From Octopus vulgaris (lineage: Eukaryota): a stretch of 64,000 nucleotides of DNA. Position 1 is the first letter of the stretch. Each line of letters starts with the position of its first letter. Shown here piece by piece: positions 37,999-52,284 of the stretch. Made by a program: the position numbers and the translations under genes. Under the pieces are notes generated by a model. The model ran no database searches and had not been told where the DNA came from. It worked only from the letters and a program-made list of their open reading frames with translations. Location of the stretch: positions 104,098,001-104,162,000 of the forward strand of contig OX597819.1 of assembly GCA_951406725.2 (NCBI GenBank). Direction: 5' to 3'.

Positions 37999-40642
37999 TT
38001 GTTGTTGGCATCCTTTTTGTCTCGGGAGACAATGGAGTTGCGCATAAAATAATCTAGTCCGGCTTTTACATTTCATATCCTAATACATCTCCTACTGTGG
38101 TTGTGTAGTCCTATCCTGGACAAACACTCCCTCTAGCAGGCGCTGCAAATGTAGCGAAGACTTTGCCTGGCTGGTTGTAATGTCATACTTTCTTGTTGAC
38201 GTCTTTTCTTGTCTTTCCATTTCTCCTCTCTCTCCACGTCACTCTTTGTGTTCCCTCTTTTACGGTACGTCGCCAATCTCCACGGTTCCTGGCAACTGCT
38301 TCCCAGTTGGTAATATTGATGTTGCAGGCATTCATGTCCCTTTTGCAAACATCCTTGTATCGTAAGAACGGTCTTTCCCCAGACCTAGTGCCCCTAGCTA
38401 ACTCTCCGAAGAGTATGTGCAAATATGCTTGGTATTCCTGCTTGTTTGAGGATATCTTTGTTGGGCACATGATTTTGCCATTTGATTCGAAGGATTTTCC
38501 GGAGGTAGCGCAGGTGAAAGATATTTAGGCGACGCTCTTGGCGTGTGTATGGCGTCCAAGTCTCACTTACATACGGTAGAGTGCTAAGTACACATGCCTG
38601 GTAAATCTTCATTTTTGTAGTCTTGGTCAGCTTATTGTTGTCCCATTCCCGTTTGGATAGTTGTGCCATCACAGCAGCTGCCTTGCCAATGCGTATATTG
38701 AGCTCAGCATCAAGGGATGGGTTGTAGGTGACGGTTGAGCTAAGATAGGTAAACTTCTTCACCTCCTGTAGTCTGTGGTCTCCAATATGTATGTTTGGGA
38801 TGTCCGATGTAGCCTGACCCATGATGTTGGTCTTCTTGAGGCTGATAACTAAGCCAAAGTCGCAACATGCTTGCTCAAAACAGTTACTGAGCCTTTGTAG
38901 GTCTTCTTCTGTGTGTGATACCAGAGCGTCATCATTAGCAAATAGCACCTCCTTGATCAGGACACTTCTGATTTTGGTCTTGACACACAGACGTGAGAGA
39001 TTGAACAGTTTCCCGTCACTTCTACTGCGCAGAAACACTCCATCATCTGATGTCTGAAAGGCATGTGACAGCAGCAGCGAGAAGATGCCAAATAATGTAG
39101 GAGTGAGAGCACAACCTTGCTTTGCCCCGTTTTTTATTTGGAAGGCAGCCGATGTTGACCCATTATGCTGTATGGTGCCTTGCATATGATCATGGAAAGA
39201 TTTGATGATCCTCAGCAGCTTAGTTGGACATCCGATCTTTTGGAGCTGGATGAAGAGGCCTTTTCTACTTACCAAGTCAAAGGCCTTTGTCAGGTCAATG
39301 AAGGCCATATATAATGGCACTTTCTGCTCTCTGGACTTCTGAAGTTGGCGTATGGAGAATATCATGTCAGTAGTTGATCTGCTTCTTCTAAAGCCACACT
39401 GCGATTCTGGATAAATTCGAGAAGCAGGCAGTTGTAGCCTGGACAGCATAACGCAAGCAAAGGCCTTTCCAACAGTGCTTAGAAGAGATATTCCACGGTA
39501 ATTGTTACAATCACCACGTTCACCTTTGTTTTTGTAAAGCGTAATGATGTTAGCATCCCGCATATCCTGAGGGACTGGACCCTCACCCCAGCACTAACAC
39601 AGAAGCACATGAAGGTGTCGAAGCAGGATTGTGTTTTTGCCGGTTTTGATATCTAACGGGATGACGTCTTTTCCCGGAGCCTTCTTACTTGCTTGGGAGT
39701 CAATAGCCTTGGTGAGCTCTGCTATAGATGGCAGAGTGTCAAATTCACACGTGACTGGCAAAATCTTGACACCCTCGATTGCAGCCTCCGCTATCGTGGT
39801 CTCCCTTGAGTAGAGATTCTGGTAGTACTCCACCCATCTATCCATTTGCTTGCTTTGGTCCTTGATGAAATCCCCAGTAGTTGATTTCAGAGGGGCTGAC
39901 TTGGTTGCGGATGGACCGAGGGCCTTCTTCAAACCGGCATACATCCCATGGGTGTCGCCACTGTCAGCAGCTGACTGGATACTCTGACAGATTTCCTGCC
40001 AATACCTATTTGCACAGCGTCTGACAGTCAGTTGGGTTTTATTTCTTGCCTTTCTGAGTTCTTCGAGTGACTTTGTAGAAGAATCACTCTTGTATTGCAT
40101 CAGAGCTGCACGCTTTGCTTTGATAACTGTTTCCAGCTCTGAGAGCCCAGCACTGAACTAATCTGGGTTTTGCCTTTCTCTCATGCGAAAAATATCTATT
40201 GATGTGGTATACAAAGCTTCTCTGATATAATTCCACCTACTTTCAGCAGAGGAGGTTGGGCAGCTACTGAGGGCAACTTTGATAGAAACAGCAAATCATT
40301 TTCGCAGTGTAGGGTCCGAGGTTCTGGCAGTGTTAATGCGTGGTCGGCCCATTTTCTGAGAGTGATGGACTTTCTTAGGCAGAATCCTCACCCTGCTTCT
40401 TATTAGTGAATGATGTGTCACAATCCGCACTGTAGTAACTACGGATCAGTTGAACAGAATTCAAAAAGGATCTTCGTGTAAAGGTGAGATCCAGCTGATG
40501 CCAGTGGTGAGATCTTGGATGTCTCCAAGATGCCTTGTGGGATGTCTTGTTGGCAAAGAATGTGTTGGTGATGCACGGGTTATGGTATGTGCAAAATTCA
40601 AGTAGTCTCTGACCATTGCCATTCATGTTGCCAATATCAAAA
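37999..40642 (-). mobile_element. RTE-clade LINE, 5'-truncated within the APE endonuclease; inactive
   Basis: GNMNGNGQRLLEFC and SWRHPRSHHWHQLD (endonuclease); NYRGISLLS, ESQCGFR, FIDLTKAFD, GAKQGC, LFANDDAL (RT, catalytic motif degraded); (CAA)n-type tail. Confidence 0.96.
38394..39563 (-). pseudogene. RTE ORF2 reverse-transcriptase segment (389-aa open stretch)
   Basis: ORF-track translation carries the non-LTR RT motifs; neighbouring segments are separated by stops or frameshifts. Confidence 0.93.
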
Positions 40643-40659
40643 CACATACACTTACATAT

Positions 40660-40729
<70 letters not shown>

Positions 40730-40782
40730 GTTTAAATATTTGTTGTGCAAGATTTTTTATGTGAAGTCGTGTGTTGAAACAG

Positions 40783-40986
40783 ATATTGTTATATTTCGGA
40801 ATAGTCATATTGCCAGTTTAGCCAATAAAAACACACGCACTATATATTTGGTGTTATTTTGCTTCAGTGATATTTAAGATTAATGTAAAAAATAAATATC
40901 ACTGAAGCAAAATAACACCAAATATATAGTGCGTGTGTTTTTATTGGCTAAACTGGCAATATGACCATTCCGAAATATAACAATAT
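40783..40986. repeat. Near-perfect palindrome: 94-bp arms, 16-nt spacer, 1 mismatch seen; same family as 35538-35821
   Basis: atattgttatatttcggaatagtc...gatattta and taaatatc...gaccattccgaaatataacaatat. Confidence 0.95.
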
Positions 40987-40994
40987 ATATATAT

Positions 40995-41142
40995 TTTCAG
41001 GTTCCGTCTAGCTAATCCACGCAGAAGGCGACGTTCGGCCCGAGGCTATAGCAGAAGACAATATGTCAAGGTGTCACGTCGTGGAACTGAACCCGAAATC
41101 ATGTGGTTGGGAACCATGCTTATTACAACACAGCCACGCCTG
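40995..41142 (-). mobile_element. SINE family B, 5' half
   Basis: cggcccgaggctatagcagaagac...gaactgaacccgaaatcatgtggttggga...acacagccacgcc. Confidence 0.8.
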
Positions 41143-42191
41143 TTCAATCTTCCCTTTCATTGTTCTCTGTCGCCTAGTATTGAAATGTGGCTTCTATGTA
41201 ATCTTACAAATATTTGAAGATACTTGAATTTTTTATATTTTCGAACATGAAACTGTGACTAAATTACGCTGATTCTAAACTTGAAATCAAACATCCTCAT
41301 ATAGTGATAAAAGCATCCTAGTTGTAAGAGGAGATCATCTGATTTGCATGCTGAAACATTGATTTGTAATATAATAAAGTTGCATATCTGTAACTGAGTT
41401 GAAAAATTTCGAATAAACAGATTGCGTCATTCAAGCAATTTAAAGACAAAAACACCCTTTCCAAAGGGAAGCAGCTCTAGCACTAGACGCTGGGAAATTA
41501 GGCAATTATATGGAACGCTAAAATCAAAGACCTCACAAATATGCTTAATACAATTAAAAACAAGACATTAATAAAGAGAACAGGTGAGGTCATTCCTAGG
41601 AAAAAGAAAAATCCAAGATATGGCTGGGTAGGGATTTGGCGTGAAACACGTGGGATGATATAGCTTGTCACATGACTTGAGGCGAAACACTTCAAATCTT
41701 GCTCAGTAAAAGATTTACTTTGTGACATGCAGCATCATGAGACGGTAGCTTTCTTGTTCGCAAAGGAATTATAATGCTACGACTGAATCTTCAGTAGGTG
41801 TAATGGGGGTTGACGATTAGATGTTGCTGTAAAAAGGCTTTTATTGAAGGGCTGGGCGAAGGGCATATACATTGTAGGGATAGAAGGAGGAGATGTTTAT
41901 TTTGAGCTAGGAGTAATGGACGCGCGTTATAAGGCAGGAATAGTGGTGGGGACACACACAATGACAGACTGTGAGAAGGTGACGCACGAGGAATGGAGTT
42001 AAGTTTAATACGCCATGTGTGCTATATCACATATTAAGTACTCTCTCGTTCGTTGGCAAATCCTAACGTTTGGTTGTATTACTTCATTACCACAAGGTTG
42101 TATGCGAGGAAAATGGACAGAAAGGATTTATAAAATATTGCGGACAACCCAATATCTTAAGATTTCATGCTTTTTTTCTTTTCCTTTTTTT

Positions 42192-42578
42192 TCTACTCTA
42201 GGCACAAGGCCCGAAATTTTGGGGGAGGGTGTTAGTCAATTAGATCGACCTCAATACGCAACTGGTACTTAATTTGACACCGAAAGAATGAAAGTCAAAG
42301 CCAACTTCTGCGGAATTTGAACTCAGAACGTAAAGACAGAAGAAATACCTATTTCTTTACTACCCACAAGGCGCTAAACAAAGAGAGGACAAACAAGGAC
42401 AGACAAACGGATTAAGTCGATTATATCGACCCCAGTGTGTAACTGGTACTTATTTAATCGACCCCGAAAGGATGAAAGGCAAAGTCAACCACGACGGAAT
42501 TTGAACTCAGAACGTAACGACAGACGAAATACCGCTAAGCATTTCGCCCGGTGTGCTAACGTTTCTGCCAGCTCGCCT
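42192..42578 (-). mobile_element. SINE family A, dimeric or tandem copy
   Basis: Two occurrences of aactggtactt...gaatttgaactcagaacgtaa; head at 42560-42578. Confidence 0.88.
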
Positions 42579-42815
42579 AAGATTTCATGGTTTGCGATAT
42601 TAAACATACAAATCTGCAAATACATACATAAATACATACATATAACAAAATACTTTGTTGTTGATGTTGAAATTCCAATGAAGGAAACTTGGATGTAGGT
42701 TAGAAATCGGTTCTTTCTCTATTGGCAAGAAATCTTGAAATAAACTGAGTATAAATACATATATAAGCATACATACACAGACACATGCACACACAGACAC
42801 GCATACATAAATACA

Positions 42816-42850
<35 letters not shown>

Positions 42851-43038
42851 TGGTATTCTTATACATACGTACACACATATACATACACACACACGCAAGC
42901 ACAGTCATACATGTATAATTTTGTAATTGCTATAAACATGCCACTGTGTATGTGTGTATATATATGTGTAACTACATACGTGTATATACATACATACACA
43001 CATACATATACATACTTATATATATATATATGTATGTA

Positions 43039-43071
<33 letters not shown>

Positions 43072-43078
43072 GTATGTA

Positions 43079-43127
<49 letters not shown>

Positions 43128-45419
43128 ACATACACTGAGACCTTTATGTATGTATGTATGTAAGCATGCCATTTTCTAGTTGTTTAACATTTCTGCCTGC
43201 CATTCAGCCAGACAGTTGCACAGACGTACCGACTCACAGGCCGACAGTCCGACAGACAGTCAATCAGTCAGACTGATTGTAAAAAGATTTTAATTTGAAA
43301 TTTTACGCTTCACTTTAAAAAATTTCTCTATTATTAAATTGTATTGTTTCTTTGATTTCAGTTGTATTATTTCCTCATTATTTGTCTTTTCACATATGTT
43401 AGGGAACCGTTGTCTCTTGTCTCTTTTCATTTTTTTCGTTCCTATTTCATTTTGGCAGTTTAAATTTTTTTTTTTTATTCAAGTTTAAATTTAAAAAGAA
43501 GAGAAGAAACAGAAGCATCAAACAGCATTTTTCTGCCTCTATTTATGCATTTAAAAACACGAAATAAGATTTTTAAAAAATTGAACTATAAAAAAAAGAG
43601 AGAAAAATGTTTTTTCTTCATTATTATAATAGAACTGTTGTTGTTGTTAACGATGGTGTTGTTCTTGATGTTGTTGTTGTTGATGGTTGTGTACAATAAC
43701 TTAAAAGGGTTGCCAAAGTACTTCATTCTTCAATTATGTTATTTAACAAAGCGAAATTTCGACGTTTCCTTCATATTTTCCTCCTTCTCCTCCTCCTCCT
43801 CCTCCTCCTCCTCCTTATTCTCATCTACCTCTTTCTCCTCTACTTTCTCCTCATCTTACCTCTGCTCCTGTTCCTCTCCTTCTGTTCCTTTTTGTACTTT
43901 TTTTTTTTTTTTCAAATTTTTCTTTACTCTATCCAACGTTACCATCCACTCACACAACGTAACACCGTACCCTGAAAAATACTAACCCCGCGCTTAGTTG
44001 CACCATCACCACCACCACCAACAACAACAACAACAACAGCAGCAGCAGGACCATCATTACGAACAGCATCACTTCCGCCACCGCCACCACCACCATCATT
44101 GTGATAACTGACTGCAAACCCTACAGTCACCATGAGCCATATCAATCAACACCACCAACTTTTAAGATAATGTTAACACGGCTAACGTCAACCATGACGA
44201 TGACGGCGGCCACTGCCAAAACCCTTGCCCTTTTCCACCACCCATCTTCGATATTTCCATCGATACAAACATTAAAATAACATACTACCCTCGTCCTCAT
44301 TGAAATTACCATTACCACTACTAACGCCCTGATTATCATCACCATCATCATCATCATCATCACGATCATCATCATCATGAAGGTCATCAGTACCACCGAT
44401 ACCGTCCCCACTACATTACCATCAAAATTACCATCACCATTAGCAACACCAAAGCCATTATGTTACCATCATTGTTACCATTAGCAACGCAAAAGACAAA
44501 CATTACTATCAGTATCACCAGCGTCCACTATTACAAGGATGTCACTTCTAACACCGCGCACTACAACCAATACTTCTGCAAGAGCCGCCACAGACACTGG
44601 CACCAGCTTATATTGCAACCAAAATCGAAACGAGATTTACAAGCTTTATCATTTGCAAAAGACCTTGTGCTTTATGGCGTCTTTACCGAACCACTCCACA
44701 GAACCTCTGACCTGACCTGCTAGAAATAGCAATCGAATCTGTCTCAAATCATATTCTGTCATTAAATGAAATAGGAAGGATGCAAATTATCATATTCAGT
44801 GCCATTATAAGGATATGGGATCACAATGCAAAAAAAAAGGAAAAGAAAAGCAAGCACTAGAAAGCCAAAATTACCAGCATCTCTACCACCATCATCATTC
44901 TCACCACCACCACCATAACTATGACCACCACCACCATCATAACTACTATCACTACTTTTATCACAACACCACTGCCAATCCTCTTCATTACTACTACCAT
45001 TATCACCACAAACACCACCAACACTACCATTGCTACTACTACCACTCTCACCACTACAACCAACGCTACCACCACCGTCACCGAAAATGCTACCGCCACT
45101 GCTACCATCTGCCACCGCCATTATCACCATCATCCCTACCACTACCACCACGATCACCACCACAACCACCACCTCTACTACTACGACGACGACGACCAAC
45201 ACCACCGCTACCACCATCACCGCCATTGTCAAGGTCATTCCTTCCTTATCAACTATCCCATTAACTCTTCTCAGTTGACACTAACACCTGTAAAACTTTG
45301 ATTAATTTTAAAATACAAGAATCCATTTTGGAGATAAAATGTAATTGTCGACTGAAAAAAGGGAGAGGGAATAGGAGGGAGAGCAAGAGTTCTGTGTTCC
45401 GGTTAAGATTTGCTAAATA

Positions 45420-45420
<1 letters not shown>

Positions 45421-45497
<77 letters not shown>
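45421..45497. repeat. (AGT)n microsatellite
   Basis: Directly visible. Confidence 0.98.
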
Positions 45498-45498
<1 letters not shown>

Positions 45499-45969
45499 CG
45501 TGGTGGTAGTTCTTATTTTTGTTGATGTCGTCTTTTTCTTCCTACTGTGTTCTTATTTTCATTCTGGTAATGCGTATACAACTTCTACCCTTGCATACTT
45601 GCATACACTCCGACACATACATGTAATTATGTATGCATCTGCCTGCCTGCCTGTCTGTCTGCCTGTCTGCCCGTCTGCCTGTTTGCTGTCTGCCTGTCTG
45701 CCTGTCTGTCTGTTTGCTTGTCTGTCTGTCTATCTGTCTTTCTATCTAATATATATATATGCACACCATACTTCCAGATATACATAAATACACTCATACA
45801 TACACACGTACATACATTCATGCCCAACAACGTATTCCTACAAACTTAAACTTACGCAGACATATAAAACTTAGATAAAACTTAGATACGTTTCGACCAG
45901 AGATTGGTCCAGGCCATGTCTAACTTAATAGCACCACCTGATAGGATTATTCGAATCCTGTTTAAGTCA

Positions 45970-46055
45970 AGTTTTGTTCAAGTAGTGAGTTCTTGTTGGG
46001 TGAGTTGTATCCAGTTTTGTTCAAGTAGTTAGTTCTTGTTGGGTGAGTTGTATCC
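45970..46055. repeat. 43-bp tandem duplication
   Basis: agttttgttcaagtagt(g/t)agttcttgttgggtgagttgtatcc x2. Confidence 0.95.
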
Positions 46056-47250
46056 AATTATGGGTGGCTTATCTGGTATTCTTTGAAGGAATCTATCCAG
46101 ACTCTGTTTAAAGTTGATGGGATCCTTTTCCTCTTTGATCTCCCTCGGGACAATGTTAAATAGGTACATATATTTTCAAATATAGTTATACATCGAAGCT
46201 TACAAAAAGGTGTACGTACATACATACATACATGCATGCACATAGACATACATCAATAACATGTATATTGATAAATCACCACGTAGAAAAATAGATATAC
46301 ACTCACATTTATATACAAGCACAAACATGCACAAATATATATATATGAGAGAGGGATTCAACGTATACAGTGTATACAAGCATGTACACGTGGATGTATA
46401 TATACAGACATTTACGCCAAATTATGCATACATATCGGTTCAGCAGCATTAATGGTGCGCTCCAGCATAGCTATAGGCGTACACGCTTGAAACAAGTAAA
46501 ATAGTAAATCAATAAACATACATGCGCACTAACATATACTCTGACACAATACACGCATTCATATATATATTTGGAAAGCAAAAGTGAACGTAGAAAATGG
46601 TAAAATAATTTTATAAAAAACATTTCATTACCGGTTTCAGTCATTGAGACTCTTTCAACCGTAAGTATAGAAAACAATTAAATTTTGGAAAAATTGAAAA
46701 AGTTTTTTAAAAGAATATTTGCATGGTATTTAAATACAAGGGGTATCTTCCTTATTTCTGCCTGTCTCTGTATCTCTTGTTTACTCTTGTGGGTTCGAGG
46801 TCGTCGTGAATTCTTGGTAGGAAAGAAGAAGAAAAAGAAGAAGGAGGAGGAGGAGGAAAAGAAAAATAATAATGAGGAGGAGTAGAAGAAGGAGGAGGAA
46901 GAGAAGAAGGAGGAGGAGGAGAAGAAGAAGAAAAATACATACATGTAAATATGTGTGCATGTATGTTGCTGTAGAAAAATTTGAGTGTATGGGTAAAAGA
47001 CACAGAAATGCATATGTATTCTATGTCGAAGGGTATAATTGTGTGACATGTAGCAGGGGTTCTACAAGAGTGAGTTAGAGAATGTGTGTGTTCATATGCT
47101 TGTATTGCATGAGAGTGTGAGCAACTGAAGAAGAGTATGTATATGCGTATGTTTATGCAAAAACAGTGTATGTTGAAAACTGTTTGCCAGTATAGAGCGT
47201 CGCGTATATGTATGTCTGTGTGAACTTAAAATAGAATGTGTAGAGCGATA

Positions 47251-47291
<41 letters not shown>

Positions 47292-48719
47292 GTGGATGTG
47301 TGTGTGTGTGTCCGTGTCTGTGTGTCCGTGTCTGTGTCTGTGTCTGTGTATGTTTGTGTGTGTGTGAGCGCGCTTTTCAATAGAGCAGTGGTGGGTATCT
47401 GGGTTCTCTGAAAGGTACTGCATTGGGTGTCTGTGTGCGGTTGTGTATAAAAGTGATGATGAAGTGGAAAAGTGAAAAGAGAGAAGACAAAAGCTACTTA
47501 TTTATCATTTCAACATAAATTGCTTTCCAATTTCACAGATGGCAGTTCCAATGTGTTTCGATGTGTTCTTCATCATTCTATAGCATAATTAAAACAGTTT
47601 TTGGCTTGAACGATTATCACTGCAACTGCGAAACTACCTGACAGATCATTGCGCTACTTCATTGAATAGAACAAACAATGTAGGACCAGAAAACTGCTCA
47701 GCAGATATGCGTTGCTGTGTCTCCATTAAAAGTTAAGTGTCTATCATCTTAATGGGATAAAAAACAAATTCTTTCATTTTTAACTTTACATTAGATTAAA
47801 ATAAAACGGTTCTCTTGTAGAAGTACATAGATTTGGGCCGATTTTTTTTTCTTTTTAAGAAATCATAAAGTATCATCTACGGAATTTTATTGAATCCGCC
47901 TTCTCTACCTCTTGCAAATACTGTATATATATATATTTATTTATTTTACAAATGTGAATAAAAGAAATAAAGTGAAATTTGAATTATAAAGCATATTTGT
48001 TATAGAATGAATTTATTTCCTCTCGGTTTTTAATGATTAGTACTGAATCATTGCAACTGACAAGAAAAGTAGCCTCTTCTGGATTTGCAAAAACCACATC
48101 ACATCTCACCTAGAAGGCTACGCATTTGTTATCTATGAACAGGTGATAGTTTCTAAATATTTGATAAACATGGGAAATAATGACACTGCTAGACCTCCAC
48201 GTTGTGAGAAATAATTACTGGTTGTGGCCATACCAGCATGGAAGGTATAATCCATATCTTTTTCTGCCCCAGGCATACCAACTTATCAAAAATCATCAAT
48301 ATTACTAAAGTTTGATTTAGACAATCGCTAGTACCACAAACTCTGCTTTTCAACATGCAATTAGATGTTAGTGAGAGAATAAAAAGATTCCTATAATATT
48401 CTTTAGAGGTTAGTTACATAATATGAACACCAGCTGATTTGAAACTTGGTCAATTTTACAAATGAGATAATGAATCTATGAAAAAGATGTGCGACTCCAT
48501 ATATGTTTTTATGTGGCTTTCATATTCATACTTCTGTGAGTTGTTTGGGAATCTGCGAGTATCTGGAAGATTGACATAGATAAGTTGGAATTCTATATTT
48601 GGATGTAGTGTAGGTGTAACATAAGTTTCTACGTGTGCTCCACCATGGTCGCAGTCAAATGACTGAAAAAAGAGGTATAGACCACACGTAAAACATTTCA
48701 TCCACAAGAGGATTTGAAC

Positions 48720-49095
48720 TCATGCACCGGCCAAGCATGACGTTTTTTCTTGGTTCGACTACCATCCGTGCAACATCTATATTCCTCTCTATGTCTATCA
48801 TATCGTATGTCCTTGCCGTAAGGCTTCACTTTCATACACGCCAGCTTAATTTCTCCTTTTTCCCCGTCCTTATACATTCGCTGCCTCCTTCCAAGGAATT
48901 TAACGCTCTTAGCTTATTTTTTCCTCGGGGCTGGCCAGATTGGAGCAATCTCGAGTACAACCAGCCGAAATTGCAAAGACAATCTGGAATTCGCTGAGGA
49001 AAGAAAACTTCGAATGACCCGTCCGTGCTTTTTCTTGTCCCATTTTTTCTATAATCTGTCTGGATGTTTTGTTGTCTCCGTTTTGTATTCCTTTT

Positions 49096-49100
<5 letters not shown>
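48720..49100 (+). mobile_element. Structured dispersed repeat, homologue of 25300-25458
   Basis: ggctgg..agattg-gag-caatct..ccagcc-GAAA-ttg..caa-TC; ends in (TA)n. Confidence 0.7.
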
Positions 49101-49136
<36 letters not shown>

Positions 49137-50320
49137 GGTCGTCTATACCTCTTGAAACAACACCCAAATCTCTTTCAGTCTACCTCGTTAAAAACGGAGA
49201 CATTCTCTAATGTGGTAATGTAGTCCTACGTGAACATATTTTGGGAGGTCTGGACGGAACGTTTTGGCCATCATTATCACCACAACACCATTACGGCCAA
49301 CATTACCACTAATACTGCCGTCATCGCCACCAATGCTACATCCACTATCACTACCAACATCGCCACTACCACCAGCACCAGTACCACTACCAGCATCAGC
49401 ACCACTACTACCGCCTCCGTTTTCATCGCCGCCGCTATCACCGCTGCCGCTACGACCACCGCCGTCACCACCACCACCATCGCCACCACCACCGCTGCCG
49501 CCACCACCATCACAGCCGCCATCACCAACATCATCGTCGCCACCACCACTACCACCGCCGCCGCCACTGCTACTGTCGCCCCCTCCTCACCGCCACCACC
49601 GCCACCATACACCCACCATCACCATGACAAATATCATCCTCATTTTCTTTCCCATCACCACAACCCACTCAACACCCATCACTACAAACATCAGCACCAC
49701 AACTACCACGACTACAACCATTACCACATCCATCGACACTACAGCCGCTTACATCACTGCAACCACCTTCGAAAGCATCATCACAACCATCACAACAATC
49801 ATCACTACTACAAACAAACGCTGACACCATAATCTCTACTACGGGACTACCTCAATCACCACCACAACCACTACCGCCACCACCGCCTTCTCTACCACCA
49901 CCACCTTAACTACCGCCACCAGCATTACCTGTAGCCGCAGCCGCAGCACCACCACCACCACCACCACCACCACCTCACCCCCATCAGCCCTTCTACCTCA
50001 ACCCTCCACTTCACCCCTCCACCTCACCTCTCCACCTCACTCCACTCACCGCTGCCAGATCCCCCCACTATTATGATAACTACAAACACCTTTCCATAAT
50101 ACCATTAACCATCTCCGTAAGCCCGTTATCTTCACACACGTCTCTCATCTTTCTTCCACTTTGCATTTCGCCTCATCCCAGATCCTCTCCTAAATCACTG
50201 AATCGAACCTTTCTTGTCCTCTTTTTTTTTTCTACCCCTTTAAATCCGTGATATATAAAACTACACATTGAATATCAATGTTATTATTTACTAGCTTTCT
50301 GGTGGTGAGCTGGCAGAATC

Positions 50321-50510
50321 GTTTTCTTGCCGGACAAAGTCTTAGCGGTATTTCGTTCGACTTTACACCCTGAGCTTACATTCTACCGAGGTTGACTTTG
50401 TCTTTCATCCTTTCGGAGTCGATGAAATAAGTACTTAGTCAAGTACTGAGGTTGATATAATCGACTAGCTCCCTCCCCTCAAATCTCAGACCTTGTACCT
50501 GTAGTAGAAA
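50321..50510 (+). mobile_element. SINE family A, full length
   Basis: ggtggtgagctggcagaatcg...gactttgtctttcatcctttcggagtcgat... Confidence 0.88.
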
Positions 50511-51780
50511 AGCTTATATATTAGTTCTCAATTATCCGTTTCTTTCCGCTGAAGAAGGCCTCGCCAGGCTCCAGGCTCTAAGCTCTAAGCTCTGTCTCTC
50601 CTCTTCACACTAATGGCGCAAAAAATGAAAATAGGTAACAACAAAACGACAAGAAAAGAACAACAAATCCATCGCCAGTTTTTCGTACATCTTATAATCG
50701 ATACACTTTGGATCAATTATATCCTGTTACTTTCGACATGATAATATTAATTTAAAACTGCATCTTTTATTTGTTGTTGCTGTTGTTTCTGTTGTTGTTG
50801 CTGCTACTGCTGCACTTAATCTAGTTGCAATTAATTCACCCATGTTGCTGTCTTGAAATAAACTTACACTGCAACAGCTCTCCTCGTTGCCAATGTTTTA
50901 CTGTATTGAAAATTGCTGTATCAGTGCGTGCCAGCCTCACCATAAATACAGATAAAAACGAATGAAAGATAAAGACAAACTAAGATCTAATCCAATTATA
51001 TACAGCAAGTACTATTGGTGAGATTTTTATTTTCGATTCATTTGGTAAAATGCTGATTCCGCAGACCAGAAAACCTATTACGGAAAAAAAAAAGAGAAAG
51101 AGAAAAGAAAAGAAAATGTGAAAACAAAGAAATGAAAAAATTAAAATAGAAAAACAAGTAAAAATAAAAATTAAAAATGAGAGAAAAAATTTAATTTAAT
51201 CAGGAAATTGATTAGAATTCAATCAAGGTTGATCAATTATATTCTGTTCTCTTTAGAGGGTTGCTAGTAAGTCCAGTATGTGTCTCTGTGTTAAATATGC
51301 CTATCTATTCCTTAAAAGGTAACTTGTGAGCAATTACGTGTGTAATGCACCAATGAATGTCATTTAAAGATCTGATTGTCTTGTTTAACAGATCATTCGC
51401 AATCTGCTATATACACTTCAATGAACACAATTTTTCTAATTAACCTGATAATATATAATTCTAACTTCAGTTTTTTTTTTCTGTTGTACGTTTCTCAGTT
51501 TTGTTTGCTATTACGCTTTGTTGTAATTGTTGTTGCTCTGGTTGCTGTTGCTGTTGGTTTCCTGTTGTTTTGTTTTTTTTCTCTCTCCCGTCTCTTAATG
51601 CCTCAGGGTCTAAATACAAAGCAAAATCTACCAAGTATTTTACGGAGCTTTCAACATCCATTTACGAATATTCTTTGCTTTTTTTTTTCTCTCACTGTTT
51701 AAATTTAAACCAAATAATTACATCATTATCTTAAAAGGAATAAAGAAAGAATTGTGTGCTAAGAGAAAACGCACATACAC

Positions 51781-51841
<61 letters not shown>

Positions 51842-51963
51842 TACGTATGTATATATGTAGGAATTTAAGAAACAAACAGCAGAAGAATGATCTTTTTTTT
51901 TAAAAAAAAGACAGTCAAAGGAATAACTGATCGATACTTAATATAGCAAGGCTTTGATGTCAT

Positions 51964-51976
51964 CGCCACCTGCTGG
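51964..51976 (-). promoter_or_regulatory. Candidate CTCF site
   Basis: Minus strand CCAGCAGGTGGCG fits the CTCF core consensus CCASYAGRKGGC, in otherwise AT-rich unique DNA. Confidence 0.45.
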
Positions 51977-52284
51977 TATTTGTTCGGAATACATCTATAG
52001 ATTTATAATTTAATAAATGACATTTCTGAAATAAACGATTGCTAATCTAGTGATGTCGGTAAATACTGCAGGCTCCCATACAGCCAGTTCTTAGCTCCAG
52101 ATTCAGCGAGGCTGAGGATGACAAACAAATAGCCCTACTCCTTGGAGAGACGAAGTCTTTATTACATTATCAAATACTTGTCTCCCTATTTAGCTACCTA
52201 AAATCATTATTGCTCTTTTTTAACATCCCTTTCATTCTCAATAACTAAGTAGGGGAGGTCAGGTGGTTGTGTAGATAGTATATC

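Noticed and set aside
41650-42100. Possible highly decayed LINE 3' end
   Set aside because: Only a vague resemblance; no motif could be translated convincingly.
43965-43985. miR-10-like taccctg
   Set aside because: Only 7 nt match and no hairpin.
47545-47582. Minus-strand TGATGA...GAAA hammerhead-like string
   Set aside because: Missing C3, 2-bp helix II, no UH site and no helix I.
50549-50575. CTGAAGA-a-ggcct-cgcc-aggct hammerhead-like start
   Set aside because: No GAAA or helix III follows.
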